Positions 54,576 through 64,000 of a stretch of DNA of 64,000 bases are shown here, piece after piece; within the stretch, counting starts at the first letter, position 1, and each line of letters opens with the position of its first letter. The stretch lies in the IMG/VR virus record IMGVR_UViG_3300021087_000010; one strand, written 5' to 3'. Made by a program: the position numbers and the translations under genes. A model generated the notes under the pieces. The model was not told the DNA's origin and did not search any database. It was given only the letters and a program-made list of their open reading frames with translations. Source of the stretch: an uncultured virus (IMG/VR IMGVR_UViG_3300021087_000010) (taxonomy: Duplodnaviria; Heunggongvirae; Uroviricota; Caudoviricetes).

Positions 54576-57500
54576 ATGGCAGATAAAATTATATTTGAGG
54601 TAATCGCTACCGCTAAGGGAGTTAAGGTTGTACAACAACAAACTGACAAACTAGCTAAGTCTACTGATAAAGCAGATAAGAGTACAAAGAAACTCGATAA
54701 ATCCCGTGACGCATATAACCGTCGTGAAAAAGGTGCTGCAAATATATCTTCCAATTCTACCAAAAACTTCTCTAAAATGCAACAAGGCATTGACGGGGGA
54801 GGCGGGTCAGGTGGGCTGGTTCGTGCTTACGCATTACTAGCCGCTAACGTATTTGCCTTAACAGCAGCTTTCGGAGTTCTTTCGAGATCTGCACAAATTG
54901 ACACCTTAACTCAATCAATGGAAGTATTGAGTACTACAGGTGGAATATATATTAAAAATCTAGCTAAAGAGATGCAAATAGCTTCAGGTGGAGCAATCGA
55001 TCTTGCACAAGCTTTTAGCCAGGTATCTTTAGCATCGAGTGCAGGACTTAGTACTACGGAAATTGAAGGATTAACTAAAGTTGCAAAAGGTGCAGCAATC
55101 TCATTAGGTAGAAACTTACCAGACGCTATGGATAGAATATTCCGTGGTGCAATCAAACTCGAGCCAGAAATACTAGACGAAATTGGACTTTTTATTCGTG
55201 TAGATGAAGCTGCTCAAAAATTCGCAAGAAATAATGGTAAAGTTGTTTCATCACTCTCACAAGTAGAAAAAAGACAGGCTTTCTTAAATGAAATACTTGA
55301 ACAAGGGGGTAAAAAGTTTGCCGTATACGCTGAGACTATTCAGCCTGACGCATTTGTAAGAATTGCAGCAGCTCTTGGAGATGTTGCTCAAACTGCTTTA
55401 TCCTTAGTTAATAGAGCTTTTAATCCTTTGCTTAATATGTTAGCAGATTCAAAATCTGCTTTAACACTTGTATTTGGAGTAGTAGTATTTAGCCTATTAA
55501 AATTAGCAATACCTGCTATTGGTCAATTTAATCAAAAATTAGCTCAGAATGCTATACAAGCCAAAGAGAATGCAGATAAATATGTTGCAGGATTAAGAAC
55601 TACTGCACAAGCACAATCAGACCATACCAAACACATACTGGCAGAAAAAAATAAAGTATTACAAGATGACTTTTCAGGTATAGAAACAGCTAAACAGTAT
55701 GGGAGAGGATCTAAACAAGATAAAGCAGACCTTGCGGAAATGAACTCAACTACAGATAATATTAGAAAACAAGAATTAACGAAGAAGAGAATAGCTAAAT
55801 TAGATAAACAGAAATTTTCAGAAGGAAGCAAATACAAAAGTATTGTAGACAAGGAACTAAAAGTTTTAAGGAAGCAGAAAAAGGTCTTAGATGAAATAGT
55901 ACGAAATGAAAAAACAATAACTGCAGAAAACGAGAAACAACTAAAGGCAGATAAAAAATATCTTGCGGGAAGAAATCAGGAAAAATTAATATCAAAAGCT
56001 GAAACAAGTGGAGCCGTGGCAGGCATATCAGGAACAGCTGAGATGTCAGGTATGAGTGCAGGTTTTAAAGACTTAGGAGATACACTAAAACACGGAATAG
56101 TAGTTGAAGGTGAAGAAGGAAGAAAAAAATTAAAAGGTATGCAAAAGGCCACGGTAGCCTTAAAAGGCTCCGTAGGTATACTAGGTGTAGGATTTTCTAA
56201 TCTTATGGCAATGATGGGACCTATTATGATAGCCTTTGGAGTACTTATGGCTTTAGGTGCTGGACTTGCAAAAATGCTTAAACTAAATAGTGAAGAATCA
56301 AAAGCTTTTGATGAAAGTCTTTCAGCCGCATCAGAGGCTTCTGAAAACCTTACTAAACGGTTTAAAACACAAACAGACCAACTAAATTCTGGACTATTAA
56401 GTTACATAGAGACTAATAATGCTCAACTTGCTTTTAATAAAGGAATGTCAGAAGCTAGTGAAAATACAATAAAAATGAATAAGTCACTTGAGGAATTCAA
56501 AAGAAATGCAAGCGACGGAGCTTTAGCATGGGAAAAGTTTAAAGCTATATTTGGATTAGATAGAGAGACCGAAGCTTTAGACCAACAATTAAAAACAGTT
56601 AAAGAACAAATAGAAGGAATGGCTAGAGAGTCAGGAGCAGAGGGGGCAAAAGACTTTTTTAATATAAAAGGAGCAAAAGACTATGCTATATCTGTAGAAG
56701 AGTTACAACGCACAGAACAAAATTACGCTAAGGCTAAGAAAGATGCTATGGGCGACGAGATGTCTTTAAGTACAAGACAAACACAGATACTAGAGGATTA
56801 TAGGAAAGAGCAGCTGAGGGCTTCAGACGTGCATGGGCAACTCTTTAAAGATGCACTACACCAACATAGATTAAAAAAACTAGTAATAGCAGGCGAAAAA
56901 GAAGGTCTTAAGCTACCAATTTTTAAGGCTATTATAGAAAGAAGTAATGCTTTAAATCTTTTGAATGCCGCCTATAAAAGAGTAGTAGGATCAACAGAAC
57001 AACTAACCGATGTGCAAGAAAATTCTCTAGCTAAAAGTAAACCAGAAGCAGATAGATTAGCAATACTTAAATCTAACATTGACGGGGCTGCTGAAGCTAT
57101 GGGGAAGTTTACCTCAAACTTTCAAACAAAAACCAAAGTAGATGATGTAGTAGCTTCATTTGATTCTATGTCAGCAAGTATTGTAGATATGTCAGATGGC
57201 ACAGAGAAAGGCGCTGAAAAGGTTAAAGACTTTTATAAATCTGTGGGAACTGAGAAAGACAATCCTTTTTCAAAGTTATTTAACGAAGAAGAACTAAAAC
57301 AATTAGCAACAGGAAGTGGCGCAGTATGGGAGTCGTTAAGAGAACAAGTAGATCAATACAGACAATCTATTATAATGGCAGCAGCAAAACAATCAGAATT
57401 AGCACGAGTAATAAAACAACTTAGTAAGTTTCAAGCTGGCGGTCAAGCTGTAAATGTCGCACGTTATACAGCTGAAGCTAAGTCTTTAAAAATCACTGCA

Positions 57501-59348
57501 GATCTTAAAAAGTCTGAGCATGAAATGATTCTAAGAAAGAATAATATGACTCAAGACCAATTAGATCAAGGTATAGACATAATAGAACAAGGTGGGACAA
57601 TAAAAGAGATAGAAGATGCATTACTGAATAAAGGATTAAATAGAGCAGATGTATTAGCCGCAATGAAAACTAATACGATAGCAATAACTGCATCTGCAAA
57701 AGAGCTGGAAGCTACTGAAACCGCAACAGCAAAAGCAACTATAGATACTCTTAAAGCAAAACAAAAAATAGTAGCCGCACAAAAAGCACTAACAGAATCT
57801 CAGCTTGCAGGATTCAAATTAGAACAGCAAGTACATGCCCTAGAAACTAGAGGTAGTGTTAAACTAGCTCCTAAAGAAGAAGCAGCAGCAGCTATAGAGT
57901 CTGCAAAGAAAAAGCTAGAAATGACAATAGCGGAAGCTAAAATTAAGATGTCTATTATTGATGCAGAAAGACAACTCCTTATGATAAGGGTTGCATTACT
58001 GACAGAGGAACAAGCTAAGGAAGCGGGCATTGATAAAGGAGCAATGATAAAAAATCTAAAAGCATTGGGAGATTTACAAAAAGCTACTTTATCACAAACT
58101 TTGACAAATGCTGCAGCGCAATTTAAACTTGATATGGGAAAAGCTGTATCAGACTCCTTCAAACACGGAATAACGAATGGCATAAGAACAGGTGGAGAAG
58201 TATTAAAAGAGAAACTAGCTGAGATAGAGGAAAGAAGAAAAGAAGCGGTTGGGGCAGCTATAACGAAAAGTAACGAAGAAGGTGGAAGCCTCAGTGAGGG
58301 AATTAGTGCAGGACTTGCAGCATCTAAGCCATTTGATACAGAAACTGATGCTGCTAAAAAAGCAGCAGGCGTACAAATGATGAGAGAAGGCTTGGAGGGG
58401 TATGCTGCTGAATTAGCTAAGTTAGGTCCAGAAGGAGAACTTATAAGTAGCGTTATTCAAGGAGCTTACGCTATTTCAGATGCTTTCAAAGTATTAAGTG
58501 CAAGTGAATCAACTGGCATGGCTAAAGCGGCAGAGACAGCAGAATTTGCAGCACAAGCTTTACAACAAATAGGACAAATGATGGCTGCAAACTCTAAAGC
58601 TCAAGTTGCAGAAATAGATAATCAAATTAATGCTGAAAAGAAACGTGATGGAAAGTCAGCAGAATCCATGGCAAAAATAAAACAACTAGAAGCTAAAAAA
58701 TTAGCAATGCAGAAAAAAGCATTTGAACAAAACAAAAAGATGCAAATGGCTACAACTATTGTAAGTACAGCTGCGTCTATTATGCAAGTAGCTGCTGATC
58801 CTAGTCTTGGTTGGTATGGCAAATTAGCAATGGGAATTATGTTTGCTGCAATGGGAGCGGCTCAACTTGCAATTATTTCTAAGACTAAGTTCCAAGGAGG
58901 AGCGGGTGAAGTCGAAAAACCAAAAATGACAGCTTTATCTATAGGAAAACGAGATAACAAAGTAGATGTTTCAAGAGGAGCTGCTGGTGGAGAAATGAGC
59001 TATCTCAGAGGTGGAAGAGGCGTAGGCTCAAATGCAAATGACTTTAGACCAACTGGTGGAGCTTATGGAATAAGAAGTTATGGGTATGCAGGAGAAGGAA
59101 TACTAGTTGGAGAACAAGGACCAGAAGTAGTAACTCCAACACAACCAGTAGATGTACTAGCTACTGGAACAAACGGCGGGGCACAGAATGTAAACTTTAC
59201 AATTAATACAATAGACTCTCAAGGAGTTGCAGACTTCTTAGACACAAATCAAGGAGCTATTATACAAACAATCAGAGGAGCTGCAAACGGCTACGGAACA
59301 GGATTTTTAGAAGAAGTGGATACTACGGTACTCGCTCCAGGGGGTTAA
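54576..59348 (+). CDS. tape measure protein (T5 pb2-like)
   Basis: 1590 aa, helical, YALLAANVFAL, KLEPEILDEIG, TM segments and C-terminal VGEQGPE. Confidence 0.92.
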   Translation: MADKIIFEVIATAKGVKVVQQQTDKLAKSTDKADKSTKKLDKSRDAYNRREKGAANISSNSTKNFSKMQQGIDGGGGSGGLVRAYALLAANVFALTAAFGVLSRSAQIDTLTQSMEVLSTTGGIYIKNLAKEMQIASGGAIDLAQAFSQVSLASSAGLSTTEIEGLTKVAKGAAISLGRNLPDAMDRIFRGAIKLEPEILDEIGLFIRVDEAAQKFARNNGKVVSSLSQVEKRQAFLNEILEQGGKKFAVYAETIQPDAFVRIAAALGDVAQTALSLVNRAFNPLLNMLADSKSALTLVFGVVVFSLLKLAIPAIGQFNQKLAQNAIQAKENADKYVAGLRTTAQAQSDHTKHILAEKNKVLQDDFSGIETAKQYGRGSKQDKADLAEMNSTTDNIRKQELTKKRIAKLDKQKFSEGSKYKSIVDKELKVLRKQKKVLDEIVRNEKTITAENEKQLKADKKYLAGRNQEKLISKAETSGAVAGISGTAEMSGMSAGFKDLGDTLKHGIVVEGEEGRKKLKGMQKATVALKGSVGILGVGFSNLMAMMGPIMIAFGVLMALGAGLAKMLKLNSEESKAFDESLSAASEASENLTKRFKTQTDQLNSGLLSYIETNNAQLAFNKGMSEASENTIKMNKSLEEFKRNASDGALAWEKFKAIFGLDRETEALDQQLKTVKEQIEGMARESGAEGAKDFFNIKGAKDYAISVEELQRTEQNYAKAKKDAMGDEMSLSTRQTQILEDYRKEQLRASDVHGQLFKDALHQHRLKKLVIAGEKEGLKLPIFKAIIERSNALNLLNAAYKRVVGSTEQLTDVQENSLAKSKPEADRLAILKSNIDGAAEAMGKFTSNFQTKTKVDDVVASFDSMSASIVDMSDGTEKGAEKVKDFYKSVGTEKDNPFSKLFNEEELKQLATGSGAVWESLREQVDQYRQSIIMAAAKQSELARVIKQLSKFQAGGQAVNVARYTAEAKSLKITADLKKSEHEMILRKNNMTQDQLDQGIDIIEQGGTIKEIEDALLNKGLNRADVLAAMKTNTIAITASAKELEATETATAKATIDTLKAKQKIVAAQKALTESQLAGFKLEQQVHALETRGSVKLAPKEEAAAAIESAKKKLEMTIAEAKIKMSIIDAERQLLMIRVALLTEEQAKEAGIDKGAMIKNLKALGDLQKATLSQTLTNAAAQFKLDMGKAVSDSFKHGITNGIRTGGEVLKEKLAEIEERRKEAVGAAITKSNEEGGSLSEGISAGLAASKPFDTETDAAKKAAGVQMMREGLEGYAAELAKLGPEGELISSVIQGAYAISDAFKVLSASESTGMAKAAETAEFAAQALQQIGQMMAANSKAQVAEIDNQINAEKKRDGKSAESMAKIKQLEAKKLAMQKKAFEQNKKMQMATTIVSTAASIMQVAADPSLGWYGKLAMGIMFAAMGAAQLAIISKTKFQGGAGEVEKPKMTALSIGKRDNKVDVSRGAAGGEMSYLRGGRGVGSNANDFRPTGGAYGIRSYGYAGEGILVGEQGPEVVTPTQPVDVLATGTNGGAQNVNFTINTIDSQGVADFLDTNQGAIIQTIRGAANGYGTGFLEEVDTTVLAPGG

Positions 59349-59351
59349 GAT

Positions 59352-60071
59352 ATGGGAGTTATAACACATTCAAATAGATTACCAGATCCTAACTATTCAA
59401 TAGAGGAAACAGGAAAGGGAGGATCAGGAACGGTTGGACCGGGTTTTGCAACTGTAAAACTTGATTCAGTACAACCAACAGCAGTAAGTATTACAAATAG
59501 TGGACGAGTAACTTCTCGTTCCATAGCAGCACATAGGTGGTCAATAAATATTACTTATAACCCAATGACTCGAGACCAATTCGAGCCCGTCTTTAATTTT
59601 CTTATGGAAAAAAGAGGACGATTAAAACCTTTTGAAGTCGTACTACCTCAGTATGCTGCACCAAGAACAACATTAGCACTTACTAGTGGTAGTAACATAA
59701 TTGTAGATGGAGCAATTTTAGCAGGAGCACCTTACTTTAAAGCTGATAATCACAGTGCTACTACTACAGGAAATATGAGACCTGGAGATATGTTTACTTT
59801 TACTGATTCAGCAAATTCAAATCATAAGAAAGTATATAGAGTTACGAGTGTAACAAATAATACTAATTATCTAGATGGAGAACAACCAGCTGCAGATGAG
59901 AGATACTACTATGTAACTCCTTCAATAGAAAAAGCAGTTGCAGATAATGCAACACTTGTTACTACAAACCCAACTTTTAGAGTTATACAAAGTGGAGACA
60001 CTCGTTCGTATTCTCTTGGAACAAACAATTTATACCAATTTGATCTAAGCCTAATCGAGGCTCAACCATAA
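59352..60071 (+). CDS. distal tail protein (T5 pb9-like)
   Basis: RLPDP...PGF.....QP.....SGR...W.INI.YN, plus synteny. Confidence 0.8.
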   Translation: MGVITHSNRLPDPNYSIEETGKGGSGTVGPGFATVKLDSVQPTAVSITNSGRVTSRSIAAHRWSINITYNPMTRDQFEPVFNFLMEKRGRLKPFEVVLPQYAAPRTTLALTSGSNIIVDGAILAGAPYFKADNHSATTTGNMRPGDMFTFTDSANSNHKKVYRVTSVTNNTNYLDGEQPAADERYYYVTPSIEKAVADNATLVTTNPTFRVIQSGDTRSYSLGTNNLYQFDLSLIEAQP

Positions 60072-63000
60072 TGTCAACAGAAAAAACTATTAATAGTACC
60101 ATTCGAACTAATCTTCTTAACAATGAAGATTTTCTTTATGCGCATCTAGTAAAATTTGAACGTCCTTTTCCTAAGGACTCAGATACTAATACTTTTGGAA
60201 CAGAAGCTAATAGATACGCTTACTACACTGATGGAAGCCATGATATATCATATGATGACGGTAGTGGTAATGGGGCTCAAGTTTATAGAGCAAATAGGAT
60301 ATTAAGTATAGGAAATTACTCGGAAACCACACAAGCTCGTGCCAGCCAAATGAACTTAACTCTTGCGGGAGAAGACTTAAAACCTGCCCTCACTATGACA
60401 GCAACTATAAGTAATGGAGGAATAGTAGCCCCAGTCCTAGGAAATGCTAATTTATATGAAGGGTACACTTTAGATTTTGTAGAAAAAGGTTTTAAAGAAG
60501 GAGACAGAATAAGATTCAAATCTAGTAGCATTGATAAAACTTTTATTATTGATAGCTTTTTAAGTAATAATACTGCCCTACAATTAGCTCGTACAGGTAC
60601 TGATTCAAATGATGACGTTTTTAGTAATAGCGGAAATGGCCCTTGGACTATAACTCAAGAATCTGATGAAATAACGGCTCCTTTACAAGAAAGAGGAATA
60701 ACTATATCAGGCACCTCAGCCGCTAGTCCGAACTTTATAAATAGAAGTGTAATGATTTATAAAGTATTTACAAACCCAGATACAGGCCTACTTTGGGGTA
60801 GTACAGGTATTACTATATTTAAAGGAGTAATCCAAAATGTATCTATTGATGAAGCTTCTACAGGAGTAAAGGTTAAATGGGGGCTTACAAGTCATTGGGG
60901 AGATTGGCAACAAGTAGGGGGTAGATTAACTACTGATGAAATTCATAGAAATATTCAACCTAATGGTAGACCTGCTGAAGTGCAGCCTATACGAAATGAA
61001 TATGCAAGTGATTTAGGCTTTTTACATGCTGAAAGTTCTTTGAGTGCTATAGCAAACTATACTACTCAAGAAACTAGAACTAAGATGAAGGCAAAGAGAA
61101 GAGGGGGCATTGCTGGTCTTGCTGGTGGAAAGTATTACCTACAAATACCTTATCAAGTTGACATACAAAATGAAGTTGATTTAAATGTACATTTACAAGG
61201 AAAATATCTTCCTGTAGTTTATGGTGTACAAAGAATAAATGGTAATCCAATATTTGCAGACACATTAAATAGTGATAGTAAAGTAATATTTACAGCAGAT
61301 GCTATCTGTGAAGGAGAAATTCATGGCTTATATAATATATACATAGATGATATCCCTTTAATATGTACTGATGATAATGACTACGACGTTAGAAAGGTAG
61401 GTGGAACAGACCAAGATAATACGCAACTCCAATGTTATGGTAGAATGTCTCATGGAGAGACTTTAATGGGGAAAGAAGGAGAACCAACCGAAATTAGCGG
61501 AGAACCAGTTGAATTTGATATTAATGATGAAGGTGAAATAGCTATTGCAAGATCATTAGCTGTAGGACCTTTTGGTATGAGCCCCAGAGTATCATCACTA
61601 ATAAACGATTGGTGGAGTGGAGCAGGGGCACTATCTGCAGGTACAAATGGAGTTTTACATAGAAAAAGTTGGAGTATCGATGGCATACATAAAATAGATT
61701 CTAGCTTTTTTAGTGGAAGAGCAAATCAACTAGCTTCTTCTATGTTATATAATCCAGCTCAACTTACAGATGGGATAGAAAGTGTGACAGTTACTAGTGG
61801 AGGTAGTGGTTATACTAGTAATCCAGATGTATTAATATCTGCTCCATCAGGAGGAGGGGTAACAGCAACAGCTGAAGTACAACGTAGAGGAAATGATAAT
61901 GAAGGAAACGAAAGACTAGTTGCAACAATAAAAATAACAAATAAAGGTTCAGGGTATACAGATGCAGATACAGTAACAGTAACTATTGGAAGTGTTACTT
62001 CTGGTGGGGGTTCTGGAGCACGAGCAACTGCAAATCGAGGTGGGTATAAAAGACAAGTAGATTATTATGAAGGCTCAGAACCTTATTGGAGCTCCAATCA
62101 TAGGTTGTTAGATACCGCATATTCAGCAACCCGTTTTGAAATTAGCCCAGATGCCACAGAAATACCTGAAATAGAGTATGTTGTTAAAGGGTCACTACTT
62201 GATTGTTATAATTATGATAATACTTATGTGCCTGATGAAGTTTTAAACCCAGCAAGCCCAGGAGATATTACAAGTAGAGCGGGTACGTTTAAAATAGGAG
62301 ATGTGATAGCCGTTGAATACAGTACAGATGGGGTTAATTGGACTAATGATACTTCGGGGTTAAATGCAAACGGTAAGTTTAAAATAATTGATAAGTACGA
62401 ATTTCAAACTAATAGACAAACAACTCAGTGGAAATTTGAGTTAGATTCTGCTCCAGCTTTAGCAGTTACAAATGGTGCTCCTGCAAGAACTCATTTAAGG
62501 TTAAAGAATTCAAATAATGATTACTGGTACATGATAACATGGAACTATACTTTATGTACTGATAAAACTTTTCCTGATGAATGGAAGCAACCACTGGCAA
62601 CAGATGCTAATACAAAATGGAGAATAGTTAATAATAAATTAACTGGTACATTTTCAACAGCAGATGCAGTACTTCTAGGTAAAAATAGTACTTATACTTC
62701 TTATCAATTCTATACAACTAGTACATCTGAATATATGCTAGATCTTAGTAATTATTTATTAACAGGCACATGGGCAGGAGATGTAGTTACTATAGAACTC
62801 GCTAATTTATCTCTAGCAACTCCAACCGAAACATTAGCTGCAATGAATAGTGCTAGTACAGGATTAAAAATAAAAAATGGTAAAACATTTAAAATGACTG
62901 ATTCTTCAATTACTGGAATAACAAATTCAAAAGAATTATTTAATACCTATGCTGATACTAACTTTGATAGTACAAACACAACTTATGTTGGTCGTGGGGC

Positions 63001-64000
63001 TTTACTTCAAAATACTACTACAGGGGAAGAAAGAGAAATCGAAGATTTTGATACTACTAGTGATACTATAACCCTTTCAACTCCTTTCTATACTCCTCCA
63101 ACTTTAACTGATAAGTTTACAATAACAGGTAGAGGAGCAGATAAACGAAGCTCTAATAATCCTGCAATACAAACACTTGATTATTTAACTAATATTCGAT
63201 ATGGTAAAGGATTAACAAGTACAGATTTAGATATTGACTCTTTTATCTCTTCAGCAAAATTATGTAGTGCTAGATCAAATATAACTGTTAAATTAGAAAG
63301 CGTTACAGGTATAGCAGCAGCAGATGTTTTTGAATTAAAAGTAGGGGGTTCTACGAATAGTGGGGATTTAGTAGCTCAGGGTACAGTAGGGTCAGCTTCA
63401 ACTGATATTGATACTGTAAATAAAACTATTACTCTTACTAATGTACTTGGTAAATTTACTAAAGCCTATAGTACTTATGGACAGTATACAGAAGGAGATA
63501 TAATTTATACTACTGCAGGACGCTATTATAGAGCCGCGTCTACAGTAACACATACCAGCGCTGTAGAACCAGTTCATGAGACTGGTACTACAGATGGTAT
63601 GGCATATATTGGTAAATTTGATGATGCTATAGGAGCTGGGCCTATAGTTTTACATAAAACAGCAGGAAATGGTACTGCAACTACTGTAAACTTACAAAAG
63701 CATTTTGGAATGCCTGTTGAATATGAATTATATGATTCTGATTGGGTAAGATATTGGAGATATTATGGGTGGGATCGTAACAATCAAGCAGAAGTAACTA
63801 GGCACCAAACTAATTTTATACTTGATACAGGTAAGTCTCAATTCGCAAATATAAATTCTCTGCTTTCACACTTTAATGGTATACTATCTTATGAAAATGG
63901 AAAATATGTCTTAGACGTAGAAACACAAGAAGCAGCTCCAACAATAAGTCTTAATTCCTCTCAAGAAAATATTAATCCGTATTATATAGAAAATTCAGAT
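60071..64000 (+). CDS. baseplate hub / tail tip protein (T5 pb3-like), runs off window
   Basis: ATG at 60071 gives MSTEKTIN...YAHLVKFERP, later LPVVYG, ICEGEI and NNPA...DYLTN.RYGKG. Absent from the track, consistent with no stop before 64000; not checked codon by codon. Confidence 0.8.
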   Translation, partial: MSTEKTINSTIRTNLLNNEDFLYAHLVKFERPFPKDSDTNTFGTEANRYAYYTDGSHDISYDDGSGNGAQVYRANRILSIGNYSETTQARASQMNLTLAGEDLKPALTMTATISNGGIVAPVLGNANLYEGYTLDFVEKGFKEGDRIRFKSSSIDKTFIIDSFLSNNTALQLARTGTDSNDDVFSNSGNGPWTITQESDEITAPLQERGITISGTSAASPNFINRSVMIYKVFTNPDTGLLWGSTGITIFKGVIQNVSIDEASTGVKVKWGLTSHWGDWQQVGGRLTTDEIHRNIQPNGRPAEVQPIRNEYASDLGFLHAESSLSAIANYTTQETRTKMKAKRRGGIAGLAGGKYYLQIPYQVDIQNEVDLNVHLQGKYLPVVYGVQRINGNPIFADTLNSDSKVIFTADAICEGEIHGLYNIYIDDIPLICTDDNDYDVRKVGGTDQDNTQLQCYGRMSHGETLMGKEGEPTEISGEPVEFDINDEGEIAIARSLAVGPFGMSPRVSSLINDWWSGAGALSAGTNGVLHRKSWSIDGIHKIDSSFFSGRANQLASSMLYNPAQLTDGIESVTVTSGGSGYTSNPDVLISAPSGGGVTATAEVQRRGNDNEGNERLVATIKITNKGSGYTDADTVTVTIGSVTSGGGSGARATANRGGYKRQVDYYEGSEPYWSSNHRLLDTAYSATRFEISPDATEIPEIEYVVKGSLLDCYNYDNTYVPDEVLNPASPGDITSRAGTFKIGDVIAVEYSTDGVNWTNDTSGLNANGKFKIIDKYEFQTNRQTTQWKFELDSAPALAVTNGAPARTHLRLKNSNNDYWYMITWNYTLCTDKTFPDEWKQPLATDANTKWRIVNNKLTGTFSTADAVLLGKNSTYTSYQFYTTSTSEYMLDLSNYLLTGTWAGDVVTIELANLSLATPTETLAAMNSASTGLKIKNGKTFKMTDSSITGITNSKELFNTYADTNFDSTNTTYVGRGALLQNTTTGEEREIEDFDTTSDTITLSTPFYTPPTLTDKFTITGRGADKRSSNNPAIQTLDYLTNIRYGKGLTSTDLDIDSFISSAKLCSARSNITVKLESVTGIAAADVFELKVGGSTNSGDLVAQGTVGSASTDIDTVNKTITLTNVLGKFTKAYSTYGQYTEGDIIYTTAGRYYRAASTVTHTSAVEPVHETGTTDGMAYIGKFDDAIGAGPIVLHKTAGNGTATTVNLQKHFGMPVEYELYDSDWVRYWRYYGWDRNNQAEVTRHQTNFILDTGKSQFANINSLLSHFNGILSYENGKYVLDVETQEAAPTISLNSSQENINPYYIENSD

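Noticed and set aside
1..64000. Stop-codon reassignment
   Set aside because: Core genes are full length under the standard code, TAG and TGA are used as normal stops, and no suppressor tRNA was seen.

Overview
This window is part of an AT-rich, T5-like (Demerecviridae-type) siphovirus genome, probably from a marine proteobacterial host. It appears to span the circularised terminal junction at about 34 kb. From 1 to ~29 kb (mostly - strand) lie early and replication genes in T5 order: D13/D12 SbcCD, D11, D10 helicase, Pol A, primase, DnaB-like helicase, D5, split NAD ligase, PC4-like protein, D3 and D2. Mixed in are three tRNAs, lysis genes and host-like auxiliary genes (MTHFR-like, SET, IscA, Hsp20, bS21). 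From 34.1 kb to the end (+ strand) lie TerS, an 8.7-kb island of envelope and secreted proteins with IscU and spanins, then TerL, HNH, portal, a protease-capsid fusion and the T5-type tail genes. The most unusual part is 24-34 kb. It holds a ~10-kb stretch with no GATC, a ~900-nt ORF-poor structured transcription unit (large ncRNA candidate) and a ~200-nt rod-like RNA candidate. It also holds a putative first-entering region packed with ORF-less consensus sigma70 promoters, four Fur-box-like operators, duplicated convergent-promoter cassettes and three stand-alone A2 C-terminal-domain paralogues. At least ten genes look leaderless. All calls come from reading motifs and gene order by eye; no database searches were run.
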